A stretch of 63,957 nucleotides of DNA. Source: a virus (taxonomy: Duplodnaviria > Caudoviricetes). The notes below the pieces were generated by a model. It had not been told where the DNA came from and made no database searches. It worked only from the letters and a program-made list of their open reading frames with translations. This document shows, piece by piece, positions 1-10,500 of the stretch (its first letter is position 1; the number at the start of each line of letters is the position of its first letter). The DNA lies in IMG/VR virus record IMGVR_UViG_3300028840_000655, positions 1 to 63,957 of that record. The stretch is one strand, 5' to 3'. Made by a program: the position numbers and the translations under genes.

Positions 1-144
1 AGGAAGCCGTCCTCGCGTGGCTCGGCTCATCGTGGGCGGGGCGCGCTCTCAACCCGGCGCTCTCGTCCTACACGACCGGCGACGACTCAGAGTCCTACTC
101 GGTCTCGTCGGCGGAACTCGCAGGCACGGCTCCGCCGGACGCAG
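1..144. repeat. Terminal direct repeat, copy 1 (circular-assembly overlap)
   Basis: Identical to 63814-63957; the ORF starting at 63177 reads through the join to TAG at 192-194. Confidence 0.97.
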
Positions 145-197
145 CGCGGACCCTGTCGCGCTACTGGCGCAGGGTCCGCAACGGGGTCGTCTAGGTG

Positions 198-491
198 CTA
201 GGCGCGGAGGTAGTGCGTGGGGTCGTCGAAGATGCGCTCGACGCTCGCGATGACGGCGTCGAAGCCGCGCTCTTCGGGGTACACGCGATGCGAGTGGGGA
301 CGACCGTCGCAGTCGAAGCAACGCGGGTACTCGTCCGGGTCGAAGGACGAGCCGTAGAACGTGTGACCCGTGTTGTATCCGATGGTCTCGCCGAGATTGG
401 GCGAAGGGCGGTCTCCGCAGAGCGGGCAATGGTCGATGGCGGAACCCGGCTCGATGTCGGTCACGGTCGCGCCACAAGTGCAGATGAACAT
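198..491 (-). CDS. Small Cys-rich (Zn-finger-like) hypothetical protein
   Basis: CxC and CxxC motifs; ACGAACGGAGAC motif (497-508) just upstream. Confidence 0.75.
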   Translation of the reverse strand: MFICTCGATVTDIEPGSAIDHCPLCGDRPSPNLGETIGYNTGHTFYGSSFDPDEYPRCFDCDGRPHSHRVYPEERGFDAVIASVERIFDDPTHYLRA

Positions 492-509
492 TCGTCGTCT
501 CCGTTCGTA

Positions 510-848
510 CTAGGCGTTGGGGAGAGCCGTGACGATGTCGACGCGCATCGCGTCGGCGGTCTCCGGCTGGTTGTCGCGGCGGAGCATCAAGGTCACGACG
601 CGGCGGTCGCGGATGATGACCCAGACCTGATTGCCGTTGCTCTCGGTGCGAGCGTAGAAGTCCTCGTTCGTCGAGCCGACATGCTCAGGGAGCGTGGTCA
701 ACTTGACGGCGACGGAGCGACCGGCGGGGCACTTCGAGGCGATGGCGGCGGAAGCGGCGAGAACCTTGCGACCGCTCAGACCGGCGGCGGCGATGCGGGT
801 CATCGCTCGTTCGGTTGCGTGGTTCGTGGGGGCGTTCGTCGTTTCCAT
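510..848 (-). CDS. Hypothetical protein, probably leaderless
   Basis: ATG at 848 lies 6 nt after the -10 (TACATT) of the promoter at 855-883; the start site is inferred. Confidence 0.65.
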   Translation of the reverse strand: METTNAPTNHATERAMTRIAAAGLSGRKVLAASAAIASKCPAGRSVAVKLTTLPEHVGSTNEDFYARTESNGNQVWVIIRDRRVVTLMLRRDNQPETADAMRVDIVTALPNA

Positions 849-854
849 GACCGT

Positions 855-917
855 AATGTATACCCTAGCGTAGACGATGTCAAGCATATTCTCGCCCGTA
901 GTGTTGACACCTGTCAC
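855..917 (-). promoter_or_regulatory. Cassette promoter: CRP/FNR-like box 904-917, TTGACA-17-TACATT, operator variant 860-873
   Basis: Read directly from sequence; same layout as the other cassette promoters. Confidence 0.8.
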
Positions 918-961
918 CATCCTACGGTGTCAGATGCGGCGTTGTCAGGGGGCAGTTTGCG

Positions 962-1297
962 ATGAGCATCGAAGGTCGACTCAAGGACGTCATCGCCATC
1001 GAGCGGAAGACGGCAGGCGCGCAGAACGCGTACGGCGTCGCGGCGGAGACGTGGTCGACGCTGGCCGTCGTCAAGGCGTGGTATCAGCCATCGAGCCGGA
1101 AGGAAGGCGTCGAGGACACGTCGGGCGGCTCGCTCCGCGAGGACGGCACGTTCTACATGCTCGACACGGACATCGTCCAGAGCGACCGCATCCGGTACAA
1201 CGGCGAGGTCTACCGCATCACGGACGTCCATGACCCGGCGGGACGGCGAAGCGACCGCCATCTCGAAGTCATGACCAGCATCACGAGGGTCGTGTGA
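962..1297 (+). CDS. Head-closure (SPP1 gp16-like) protein
   Basis: Size, motifs (I.IER...NAYG...W; DRIRYNGEVYRITDV) and synteny. Confidence 0.8.
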   Translation: MSIEGRLKDVIAIERKTAGAQNAYGVAAETWSTLAVVKAWYQPSSRKEGVEDTSGGSLREDGTFYMLDTDIVQSDRIRYNGEVYRITDVHDPAGRRSDRHLEVMTSITRVV

Positions 1298-1785
1298 TGG
1301 CGGAGCAAGTCGAAGTCGAAATCGACGAGAAGCAATGGCAACTGTTCCGCAAGGCCATCGCGCGCGGGTTCTTCCTCGCAGCGTCGTTCGTCGAGGGCGA
1401 GGCGAAGGCTCTCACGCCGGTCTACGGCGACCCGGACCAAGGCGGCATCTACAAGACTCGCGCTCCCGGCTCGAAGCCTATCGGCGGCACGCTCCGGCGG
1501 TCCATCCATACGGTCGTCTACATCGACGGAGCGCGGCAGTTCGCGGGTTCGGCACAGCAGAACTCCGGGTCTGACCAGAACCGCGAAGCCGTCCCGAAGT
1601 ACAGCACGGGGCGCGGCATCGAGGCGTTCGTGGGAACCAACGTGTTCTACGCGTTGTTCGTCCACGACGGGACTGTCAAGATGACGGAGCGTCCGTTCCT
1701 CCGAACGGCGTTCGACAACTCATCGGACCAGTTGGTCCGGTACATCGCGGAGGGGTTCCGACAGACGTTCGGGACGAACCCATAG
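1294..1785 (+). CDS. HK97 gp10-like tail completion protein
   Basis: GTLRRSI, VGTNVFYALFVHDGT and RPFLR motifs. Confidence 0.85.
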   Translation: MMAEQVEVEIDEKQWQLFRKAIARGFFLAASFVEGEAKALTPVYGDPDQGGIYKTRAPGSKPIGGTLRRSIHTVVYIDGARQFAGSAQQNSGSDQNREAVPKYSTGRGIEAFVGTNVFYALFVHDGTVKMTERPFLRTAFDNSSDQLVRYIAEGFRQTFGTNP

Positions 1786-1799
1786 AGCGGAGGGCATCA

Positions 1800-2072
1800 A
1801 TGCCATACATCGCGAAGAACACGACGGGCGGCGACATCGCCATCCGGACAGAAGAGGGCAAGCGCATCGTCGCGGACGGGGAGGTCTTGACGGACATCTC
1901 GAAGAGCATTGCGATGCAGGCGCGGAGTCGCGGGTTCGAGGTCGAGTGGGTCCAGAACCCCGAAGACATCGCTCCGCAAGTGGCCGACGTCATCAAGGCG
2001 AAGGAAGAGGTCGTCGAGGCGAAGGACGAGAAGCCGAAGCGGAAGGCGACCGTCACGGTCAGCGAGGACTAG
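1800..2072 (+). CDS. Hypothetical protein
   Basis: GGAGGG RBS, phage-like codon usage, inside the structural operon. Confidence 0.7.
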   Translation: MPYIAKNTTGGDIAIRTEEGKRIVADGEVLTDISKSIAMQARSRGFEVEWVQNPEDIAPQVADVIKAKEEVVEAKDEKPKRKATVTVSED

Positions 2073-2492
2073 ATGAACGACCCGTTCGGGACAATCCTGC
2101 TCGCCATCCGCAACGACGCGACGGTCGCGGGCATCGTCGGGGACACGTCGGCGAAGGTCACGTCGAAAGCGGCGCAACCTCCGTCCGTCCGTCTCCGCAA
2201 TCAGGGCACGTCCCGGACGCCGTTCGGACCCAACTCGAACCGGGTCGGGGTCCATCTCTTCCGTGCCATCGCGCAATGCTACGGATTGGAGGACGACCCG
2301 AACGGAGAACTCATCGCGTCGCAACTCGCGCGGGCTGTCGCCGATGCAATCCACGGCATCGGGGCGGTCAGGGGAACGGGAACCAACCTCATCCTCCGGG
2401 CGTGGACGCCGGACATCAACGAGATTGTGCGTGACCCGGACACGGATTGGCCTTACCATACGGTTCGGATAGAGGCTTACGCGGCGGACTAA
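2073..2492 (+). CDS. Tail terminator-like protein
   Basis: Size and position before the tail tube gene. Confidence 0.65.
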   Translation: MNDPFGTILLAIRNDATVAGIVGDTSAKVTSKAAQPPSVRLRNQGTSRTPFGPNSNRVGVHLFRAIAQCYGLEDDPNGELIASQLARAVADAIHGIGAVRGTGTNLILRAWTPDINEIVRDPDTDWPYHTVRIEAYAAD

Positions 2493-2552
2493 TCCGCTAC
2501 GTCAGAGCGGTCCGGGTCATACGGGTTCGGACAGAGCGAAAGGAATAGGGAC

Positions 2553-3359
2553 ATGGGCGTCACGGTTCTCGCAGAGAACTACATCATCGGGCCAGCGAGC
2601 ATCCTGTACAGGGACGTAGCGGCGACTGGCGACTGGACGGACCTCGGAGCGACGCTTGACGACGCAGTCATGCGTATCGTCTCGGAGTGGTTCGTCCCTG
2701 ACAACATCACGGGTCTCAAGGCTCCCGTCGTCGGGCTTGACGTGCAGCGTCGTCTGAACGCGGAGTTCGAGTTCACGCTTCCCGACTTCGTCGGCGGGAA
2801 CATGGAGGTCGTCTTCCCCGGCGCACGCGTCACAGCGGCGGTCTTCAACGACACGGTCTCGACCCCGTTCACGTCGACCATCGCGGTCGCAGACGTCGAG
2901 GCGGGCGCGCAGAGCATCGAAGTCCTCGCGGTCACGAACCTCGCGGTCGGCGACTACATCCGCATCGGCTCCGGCGCGGGCGTCCTCGTCGAGTATCGTC
3001 AGGTCACGAACATCGCGGCGAACGTCATCTCGTTCCGCGACCCCCTGCTCTTCCCTCACGCCATCGGCGAGGACGCGGTCGAGACGGACGGCGACTACCG
3101 CTCGGTCTACGAGGCGTCGCTGTACTCGCGGATGCCCACGTCCGCCTACAAGGAATGGGCGATGCGGATGAGCAATGGCAACGGCTACAGCGAACTCCGG
3201 CTCCCTCGCGGTCTCTCGACCACGGAGACGGCGGAGGTCACGGTCGGCGACAACTCGCTCTCCGGTATCCGGGTCATGGTCAGCGGGCGCGGCGATGGGC
3301 CGAACCCCAACACGTCGCCTTACCAACTCATCATCAACGAGTCCCCCGGTCCGGCCTAA
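2553..3359 (+). CDS. Major tail (tube) protein with an inserted beta domain
   Basis: IIGPA.I...W.DLGAT..... motif and synteny. Confidence 0.8.
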   Translation: MGVTVLAENYIIGPASILYRDVAATGDWTDLGATLDDAVMRIVSEWFVPDNITGLKAPVVGLDVQRRLNAEFEFTLPDFVGGNMEVVFPGARVTAAVFNDTVSTPFTSTIAVADVEAGAQSIEVLAVTNLAVGDYIRIGSGAGVLVEYRQVTNIAANVISFRDPLLFPHAIGEDAVETDGDYRSVYEASLYSRMPTSAYKEWAMRMSNGNGYSELRLPRGLSTTETAEVTVGDNSLSGIRVMVSGRGDGPNPNTSPYQLIINESPGPA

Positions 3360-3362
3360 TCC

Positions 3363-3947
3363 GTGACCATCGAGGTTCGGACGGAGAACGATGCGGAAGC
3401 CGGTATCGTTCAAGTTCGGATGGGCGGGGAGTGGTTCTCGCTCCCCGTCCTGACAATCGAACAGTCCGAAGAATGGCAGGCGGGTGTTGGTGCGGAGATT
3501 GCGTCGCTCGACGACGGGCTGGACCCGGAGCAGGAAGCGGCGGAGTCAATCACCACAGTCCTGAGACAAGGTTCTCTCGCGATGCGGCGCATCGTCGTCG
3601 CGTACGACCGGACCGAAGTGCTAGGCGGGGAGGGAAGCATCCGTCAGCACATGACACAGCGGGAACTATGGGAGGCGACCGAGCGCATTCTCGATGCAGA
3701 GTTCCCTTTCGACACGACGGCAAAGCGTTCGGTGGCCGAGATGTTTGGGCTACCGCTAAGAGCGTTGGAGATAGTGACGCAGGCAGTAACGGAGGAAGCG
3801 TCACGACGGGCGAAATATCCGAATGGTGTCTCGCCTATTGGGGCATCTCCTACACCGTCATCCGACGCGAATGGACGCGAGAACAACTCGCAATCCGCTG
3901 GACCTACGGACAGCGGCGCATCAAGGAAGAGACGCAGGCGAACCTAA
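3363..3947 (+). CDS. Tail assembly chaperone (gpG-like)
   Basis: Lies between the tube and tape-measure genes; in-frame slippery site C CCT TTC at 3704-3710. Confidence 0.75.
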   Translation: MTIEVRTENDAEAGIVQVRMGGEWFSLPVLTIEQSEEWQAGVGAEIASLDDGLDPEQEAAESITTVLRQGSLAMRRIVVAYDRTEVLGGEGSIRQHMTQRELWEATERILDAEFPFDTTAKRSVAEMFGLPLRALEIVTQAVTEEASRRAKYPNGVSPIGASPTPSSDANGRENNSQSAGPTDSGASRKRRRRT

Positions 3948-4147
3948 TCAATCAGGAGGTCGCAACCATGCACGGCGTAGCGCGCGTCATGGTCAAGGAC
4001 TACGGTCAGAAGCGACATCGGGATGTCATGCGCCTGCTCCGCTCCAACGAACGCACGAAGCCGAAGGTCGACTACTCGAAGGAATGGCAGCGGCTCGTTC
4101 ACGACTCCGAGACGAAGTTCGGGGTCAAGGTCCAAAGGGTCAACTAG
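3704..4147 (+). CDS. -1 frameshift extension of the tail assembly chaperone (gpGT-like)
   Basis: The -1 frame is open from the slippery heptamer to a TAG abutting the tape-measure ATG. Confidence 0.65.
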   Translation, partial: PFRHDGKAFGGRDVWATAKSVGDSDAGSNGGSVTTGEISEWCLAYWGISYTVIRREWTREQLAIRWTYGQRRIKEETQANLINQEVATMHGVARVMVKDYGQKRHRDVMRLLRSNERTKPKVDYSKEWQRLVHDSETKFGVKVQRVN

Positions 4148-7075
4148 ATGGCATCACTAGGCGACGTCTTCCTTCGACTGCGGTCTGACGACAGTCAGTA
4201 CCGGAAGGAAGTCGTCGAGCAGGGCAAACAAGCGGGCACGAAGGCGGGCGACGCAGCCGGGGAGACGATGTCGCAGCGCATCGGCTCGCAGTTGAAGAAG
4301 CATTCGACGCTCATCGCCACGTCGGCAGGCGCGGCGTTGGGCACGTTCGTCGCGGGCGCGGCTCAGGACTTCGCGAAGTTCGAGCAGCAGATGAACGAGG
4401 TCCGGACCCTGCTCCCGGACATCACGGACTCCGCGTTCAAGGACATGCAGAACGACGTCAAGGACTTCTCGAACGAGTTTGGGAAGTTGCCGGAGGACGT
4501 CATCCCGGCGCTCTATCAGTCCATCTCGGCAGGCGTCGAGCAGGGCAACGTCTTCGACTTCCTCGAAGTGGCGAACCAAGCGGCGGTCGGCGGCGTCACG
4601 GACTTGGAGACGGCGGTCGACGGTCTCACGTCGGCGACGAACGCGTGGGGCACAGAGAACCTGTCCGCAGAGCAAGCGGCGGACTCGATGTTCACGGCGG
4701 TCAGGCTCGGCAAGACGACCTTCGGCGAACTGTCGGACTTCATGTTCCAAGTGGGACCGCTCGCAGCGGCGCTCGGCGTGGACTTCGACGAGGTCAACGC
4801 AGCCATCGCGACCCTGACGGCGCAGGGCACTCCGACACGCGTCGCCACGACGCAGATGAAGCAAGCGCTCTCGGACCTGTCGCGCGAAGGCTCGAAGACG
4901 GACAAGGCATTCAAGGACATCGCGGGGCAGTCGTTCCCCGCGTTCATCGAGCAAGGCGGCGGACTCGAAGGTGCGCTCATCCTCATCGAAGAGGCAGCGG
5001 CGAAGAACGGCAAGACGATGCTCGACCTGTTCGGCTCCATCGAGGGCGGGCAGGCCATCCTCGGTCTGACGGGCGAGAACTTCGAGTCGTTCGGCGAGAA
5101 CCTTGACGAGTTCGAGAACAAGACGGGCGCGGCAACCAAGGCGTTCGAGACGATGGACCAAGGCGTGCAGGCGACGGCGAACCGCATCGCGGCGCGGCTC
5201 AAGACGTTCGCAATCGGCATCGGCGAGTACCTTGCGCCTGTCGGTCCCATCCTGACGGCGTTCGGTCCGACCATCGGCAAGGCTCTCGGCGGGGCGTTCG
5301 GCGCAGGCTTCGGCTTCCTCGTGACTCGCATCCCCGCTCTCATGGCTCCGGTGTTGGCGAAGATAACGGCGACCGTCACAGCGTCGGCGTTCGGTCAGAC
5401 GTTGCTCAACAACATGGGGCACCCGTCGTTCCTCAATCGTCTCCGTGGTCTCGGCGGCGGTTGGGGCAAGGCACTCGGCATCGGCGCGGTCGCTGTCCTC
5501 GGCACCATCATCGCGGCGGAACTGGCGAAACTCAACGAGGTCATCGCGGCGAACCGTGAGCAGCAGCAGGCAATCACGGCGGCGCAACAGGAGATGCTCG
5601 ACGAGGGGCTGTCGCGCGAAGAGGCGCAGGAGCAGTTGGACAACCTCCGCTCGGTGCGCGAAGGACTCGAAGGCGCGGCGGGCGCGGTGTACGACCTGTC
5701 GGCGGCGACCGAAGGCATCGCGGGCGTCGGCAACCTCATGGACTTCCTCGCAGGCGGCGAGGACGTCGCGACGTTCAACCAAGACCGCATCCGGGCGCTC
5801 GAAGAATATCTCGCGTCCGACCTTCCGGAGACCTTGCAGGGGTCGGCGAAGGAAGGCGGCGAGAAGGTCGCAGAAGCCGTCGCGGAGGGCGTCGAAGAGC
5901 AGGAAGAGAACATCGCGGCAATCACCGAAGACCTCATCGCGCGAGGCATCCTTGCTCCGCTCGAAGACGGGACTCCGGCGGTCACGCAGACGCTCGACGA
6001 AATCCTCGAAGACGGCGCGCGTGCCATCGAGGCGGGGGAGCGTCGCCTGACGGACGTCTTCGCTGGACTCGGCGAGGACGGCGCGATTGCGATGCGCGAT
6101 GCCATCCGGGGCAAGACGCCAATCGCCGAAGCGTTCGAGTCGTTCCCCGAAGAGATGCGGACGGCGATGGCCGACCTCGTCCCCGTCGTCAAGGAACAGA
6201 TGAGGACGGCTCGACGCGAGGCGCGGCACGAAGCATCGCTCATGGGCGTCTCGTTCCGCGAGGGCATCAAGCAATCGAAGAGCGTCGTCAAGAATGCGAT
6301 GGAAGACCTCAAGTGGGCGATGCTCAACCCCATCAAGGGCGTCAAGGCGGTCATGAAGATTGAGGGCGCGTTGCAGTCGAAGCAACTCCGCAACGGTCTT
6401 CGCTCAGGCGACCCGTTCATCCGGGCGCAGGCTCTCCGGACGCGCGCTCAGTTGGTCGAAGAGTGGGAAGCGATGACCGGCGAGGCGTGGGACCACGGCA
6501 AGTCGACGTCTGAGAACATCGGCAAGGGCATCAAGGCGCGACGGCGTCAGGCTCGACGCGAGGCACGCAAGACGAAGAACGCGGTCACGGAAGAGACGGC
6601 GGCGGCGGCGGAGCAGCAGGAAGAGACCGGCGTCTCCATCGTCGACAACCTCATCTCTGGCATCCGCTCGATGATGGAGAACTTGCGGAACATCGCGGGG
6701 CGCATCGGCGAAATCATCTCGAACAACACGAAGCCGGGGTCGCCGACGAAGGAAGGTCCGCTCTCGAAGGAAGGCGGTCTCGAAGTATGGGGTCGCGCAC
6801 TCGCGGAAGACTTCGGGAAGGGTCTCTCGTCTGGCCGTTGGGACGCAGCATCGGCGCTCGGTCTGCGCTCGTTCAACCAGCGGAGCGCGGACCTGTCGAC
6901 AGCGGCGACCATGCGTCCCGGCGACAGGCCGGGGGGCGACACGACCATCAACCTCGAAACACACGGACTTCCCATGCGGGCTAAGACACCGCAGGAGGTC
7001 GCACAGCAACTCCGGCGGGCGGCGCGCATGGGCGTCATCACTCCGAAGCGACCACGGGGGGTCTTCGCAGAATGA
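4148..7075 (+). CDS. Tape measure protein (TP901-family core)
   Basis: 975 aa, Ala/Gly-rich helical; FEQQMNEV, ADSMFTAVRLGKTTFGEL motifs. Confidence 0.95.
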   Translation: MASLGDVFLRLRSDDSQYRKEVVEQGKQAGTKAGDAAGETMSQRIGSQLKKHSTLIATSAGAALGTFVAGAAQDFAKFEQQMNEVRTLLPDITDSAFKDMQNDVKDFSNEFGKLPEDVIPALYQSISAGVEQGNVFDFLEVANQAAVGGVTDLETAVDGLTSATNAWGTENLSAEQAADSMFTAVRLGKTTFGELSDFMFQVGPLAAALGVDFDEVNAAIATLTAQGTPTRVATTQMKQALSDLSREGSKTDKAFKDIAGQSFPAFIEQGGGLEGALILIEEAAAKNGKTMLDLFGSIEGGQAILGLTGENFESFGENLDEFENKTGAATKAFETMDQGVQATANRIAARLKTFAIGIGEYLAPVGPILTAFGPTIGKALGGAFGAGFGFLVTRIPALMAPVLAKITATVTASAFGQTLLNNMGHPSFLNRLRGLGGGWGKALGIGAVAVLGTIIAAELAKLNEVIAANREQQQAITAAQQEMLDEGLSREEAQEQLDNLRSVREGLEGAAGAVYDLSAATEGIAGVGNLMDFLAGGEDVATFNQDRIRALEEYLASDLPETLQGSAKEGGEKVAEAVAEGVEEQEENIAAITEDLIARGILAPLEDGTPAVTQTLDEILEDGARAIEAGERRLTDVFAGLGEDGAIAMRDAIRGKTPIAEAFESFPEEMRTAMADLVPVVKEQMRTARREARHEASLMGVSFREGIKQSKSVVKNAMEDLKWAMLNPIKGVKAVMKIEGALQSKQLRNGLRSGDPFIRAQALRTRAQLVEEWEAMTGEAWDHGKSTSENIGKGIKARRRQARREARKTKNAVTEETAAAAEQQEETGVSIVDNLISGIRSMMENLRNIAGRIGEIISNNTKPGSPTKEGPLSKEGGLEVWGRALAEDFGKGLSSGRWDAASALGLRSFNQRSADLSTAATMRPGDRPGGDTTINLETHGLPMRAKTPQEVAQQLRRAARMGVITPKRPRGVFAE

Positions 7076-7548
7076 CGTCACCGGCAATCGGCGGTCTTCA
7101 TCTCCCGGTGTTGGAGTGGAACTCGAACGCGCTACAGGCGACGTCGTCGGGCGAGATTGTCCTTGCGACATGGGTCGTCCGGGGTCTCGACGATACGTGG
7201 GAGGTTCGCGGCGAGGACACGGTCATCCCGTCCGCTCATGGGCGCACGGCGCGCGACCGCAAGCGCGACTACCTCATCATCGAGGTCAACGGCTTCGTGA
7301 CCGGGCAGGGCGCGTCTCCGGCGCTCCAACTGGCAGACGTCCGCTCTCGCATCCAAACCCTCCGGGGCGTCTTCGACCCGACGCAGTCACCGGGCGACCT
7401 CGTCGTCCGCTACGAGGACGGGGACAACGGCACCATCTCGTGTCGTCCGGTCAACCTCATCTGGTTCGAGTATCCGGACCCGGTCTACCGTCCGTTCTCC
7501 GGCGAGTTCATGGCGGTCGGGGCGGATTGGGTCAAGGCGACGCCGTAG
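7072..7548 (+). CDS. Distal tail (Dit-like) protein
   Basis: Follows the tape measure; size fits. Confidence 0.65.
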   Translation: MTSPAIGGLHLPVLEWNSNALQATSSGEIVLATWVVRGLDDTWEVRGEDTVIPSAHGRTARDRKRDYLIIEVNGFVTGQGASPALQLADVRSRIQTLRGVFDPTQSPGDLVVRYEDGDNGTISCRPVNLIWFEYPDPVYRPFSGEFMAVGADWVKATP

Positions 7549-10500
7549 ATGGCTTCTCTCGTCTTCAACGTCCACTCCCGCTCGAACCCCAATGCGGCAC
7601 CGTTGGGGACGCTCACGGACGTCTCAGACAAGCAACTCGGCATCGAGGACAACGCGGTCGGCAACGGCGGGTTCAACATCCATCCGGACTCGGCGCAGAT
7701 TGGCCTAATCACGAACGGCAACTACGTCAAGGCGTACCGGGACAGCGTCTCGGCGGCGAACCTTCTCGGCGGGTTCTGGATTGAGTCAGGCGGCGATACG
7801 TTGCTCGCGGACACGGAAGCGGGCGGGCAGAACTGGCAGCGCGGCGGGCGCGGTCCCATCGCCATTCTCGAAGAGGCTATCGTCTGGCACAAGGCGACCT
7901 CCGGGACAGAGAAGAACATCGAGCGGGCGAAGAACCGTTGGGTCTGGAAGAACGCTCACCCGGCGCGCGTCCTCGTGCGGTTGCTCGAAGAGGCGAAGGC
8001 ACGGAACACGCTCCCCGGCGTGTCGTGGGACTTCTCTCGCACGCGTGACAGCGACAACGTCAAGTGGTCATCTGCCAACTTCGACAGGTTCGAGGTTCCC
8101 ATCGGCGCGAACTTGCTCGACGTCGTCGGCGTCCTTCGGGACAACGACCTGTGGGTCTACATGGACGCGAACCTCGTTCTCCATGCGTACGACAACGAGA
8201 AGGACAACGACCTGTCGGGGAGCATCGACATCGAGGAAGGTGTCAACATCCGGGAGACCAGCGAGCGGACCATCGCAGGCTCGACGGCGCGCTCCCACGT
8301 CCTCGTGCAAGGGAACAACGAAGACGAGAAGTCGCGCTACGCGTACGCGGGCGACGCGACCGTCCGGTCTCAGATTGGGCGACGCAAGGAAGGCTACTTC
8401 GAGTATCCGCGAACGTCGACGAAGGCCATCCTCCGGCGTGTGGCGCGGCGCAAGATACGGAAGTGGAAGAAACAGTTTGACGGTCCGTTCACGCTCGGCG
8501 TCATCGACACGGTCGGTCAGGTTCCGGGCATCGACTTCACGGTCGGCGACGAGGTCAACGTCAACATTCCCGGCGCGTACAACAACTCGACGGAGCGCGT
8601 CATCGGCATCACGTTCGTCGAGCGCGACAACGGCGAGTACGACAGCATCGTCGACTTCGGAGACTTCGCGCACGACGCGAACGGGAACTACATGGGCGGC
8701 GACTCGTCCGGCTTGAACCCGTGCGGTTGCGGCGGGAAGAAACCGGGCGGCGGGTTCGGCGGCGGCGGCGGCGGGACACCGCCACCATCGGTCCCCGGCA
8801 CGACCCCCGTCCGCGAGGGCACGTACTTCCTCGATGACTTCAACCGCACGTCGAGCGACGTCGGCTATCAGTTCGAGGTCGGCACGTCCATCCCGACCGA
8901 ACCGCTCTACGGCATCTCCGCTCTGACGAAGCAACTCCACGAAATCCCGGTCCCGTCCGGCGGGGCTGTGGATGACGTCAAGTTCATCTTCTCGGACTTC
9001 ACGTCGCAGAACGACGGCTTGACGCCAAGCATCTCGTACTCTCCGCTCGTCGGCTACGCGCCACGCGTCCTCGGTCAGTCGGAGACGAAGGTCGCGGACG
9101 CGCTGGCAGATGACATCGACATCGCCATCCCGGACGGCGCTCGCGAGGGCGACATCCTGCTCGTGTGGATTGTTCACTACCGGGGGACGGTCGGCGGCGA
9201 CTACGGCGCTCCCGGCAACTATTGGGATTGGTCGCCAGCAGACTCGGCCTACGTCAACTCCGGTTCGTCTCACGGCGGAACGCCTGCCGGTTACGCGACG
9301 ATGGTCGGCATCCGTCTCGATGCGACGAACATGGCGGCGCTCGGCATCACCGGGTTGCAGGACGACACGGTCAACACGGGCGACGCAAGCAACGCGGCGA
9401 GCGCTCGGCAGGACCAGTCATGGGCTATCGCGTGGCTCGTGCGAGACGTCGCGGACATGGTCACGGACGGCATCTACGGATGGAACGGCTCCCCGACCAC
9501 GAGCGCGCTCATCGGCTCGCTCAACCCGACGTCCGGATGGTTCGACTACAACAGCGGGGACATGACCCTGTTCTTCTCGGCGGCGGCGGCGGACGGAGCC
9601 ATCTCCGGCGAACACAACGAGTACAACGAACTCTACTCGGACACCGAACTCAACATCGACGGCGCAGGCAACGACGCGGGCACCATCGTCTCGGCTCGTT
9701 GGGACGACGCGACCACGCAGGCACCTACGCCGAACCGGACGTTCCCCGGTTCCCTACAGGTGCAGACCATCTTCGCCCTTCGCGCGGGTCCGGGATGGAC
9801 CGGGTTCGAGGGGCACACGAACATCTCGCACGCTCCCACGATGCACCGCTTCCGGACGCTCGACGGGAGCGAGCCGGACGTCGACTACGTCCACGTCTTG
9901 TTGAATGAACCAGCGGCGGTCGGATACGACAAGGAAGCCAACGTCGGCTACGCGACGGGACTGCTCATCAACCCCGGCAGTTACATCGAGGGGACCGACC
10001 TGTTGCACGGCGGGACGGACCAACCGTACTTCCCGGACATGGTCGGTCCTTCGCCGGACAACGGAGACTTCGTCTACTTCGGCTATGTGTCGGTCGGCGG
10101 CGCGGGAGACGAGTTCCTGAACGGCGACATCGGGACGTGGGACTTCACGACGCTCGACTTCTCAGGCTCGCCGAACGGGTTTCAGACGGTCAAGTTGGTC
10201 GGCACTCGCGAAGACGACCTCAATCCGCACGGTCTCTTCGCGTACAGGAGTTCGAGCAATCAGTTCGAGTTCAACTTCATCACGCGTTGGGCTGTCTCCG
10301 CTTCGACGAACGCCACGGACGAGGACACGTCGACCATCTCGACCGGGGCGAACGGCGGCGGGTTGTTGGAGAACAACTATGTCCTCAACAGCGACGGCGG
10401 ACTCGGCACCATCCTGACGAGCGGTCAGAACGGCGGTTCACCGTGGCCGGGGGGCAACCCGTGGTCGTTCCTGACAGGGCCGGTCGGCGACCTGACAGAG

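Noticed and set aside
4157-6385. Long antisense ORFs (also 43607-45961 and others)
   Set aside because: Shadow frames of high-GC3 genes on the opposite strand
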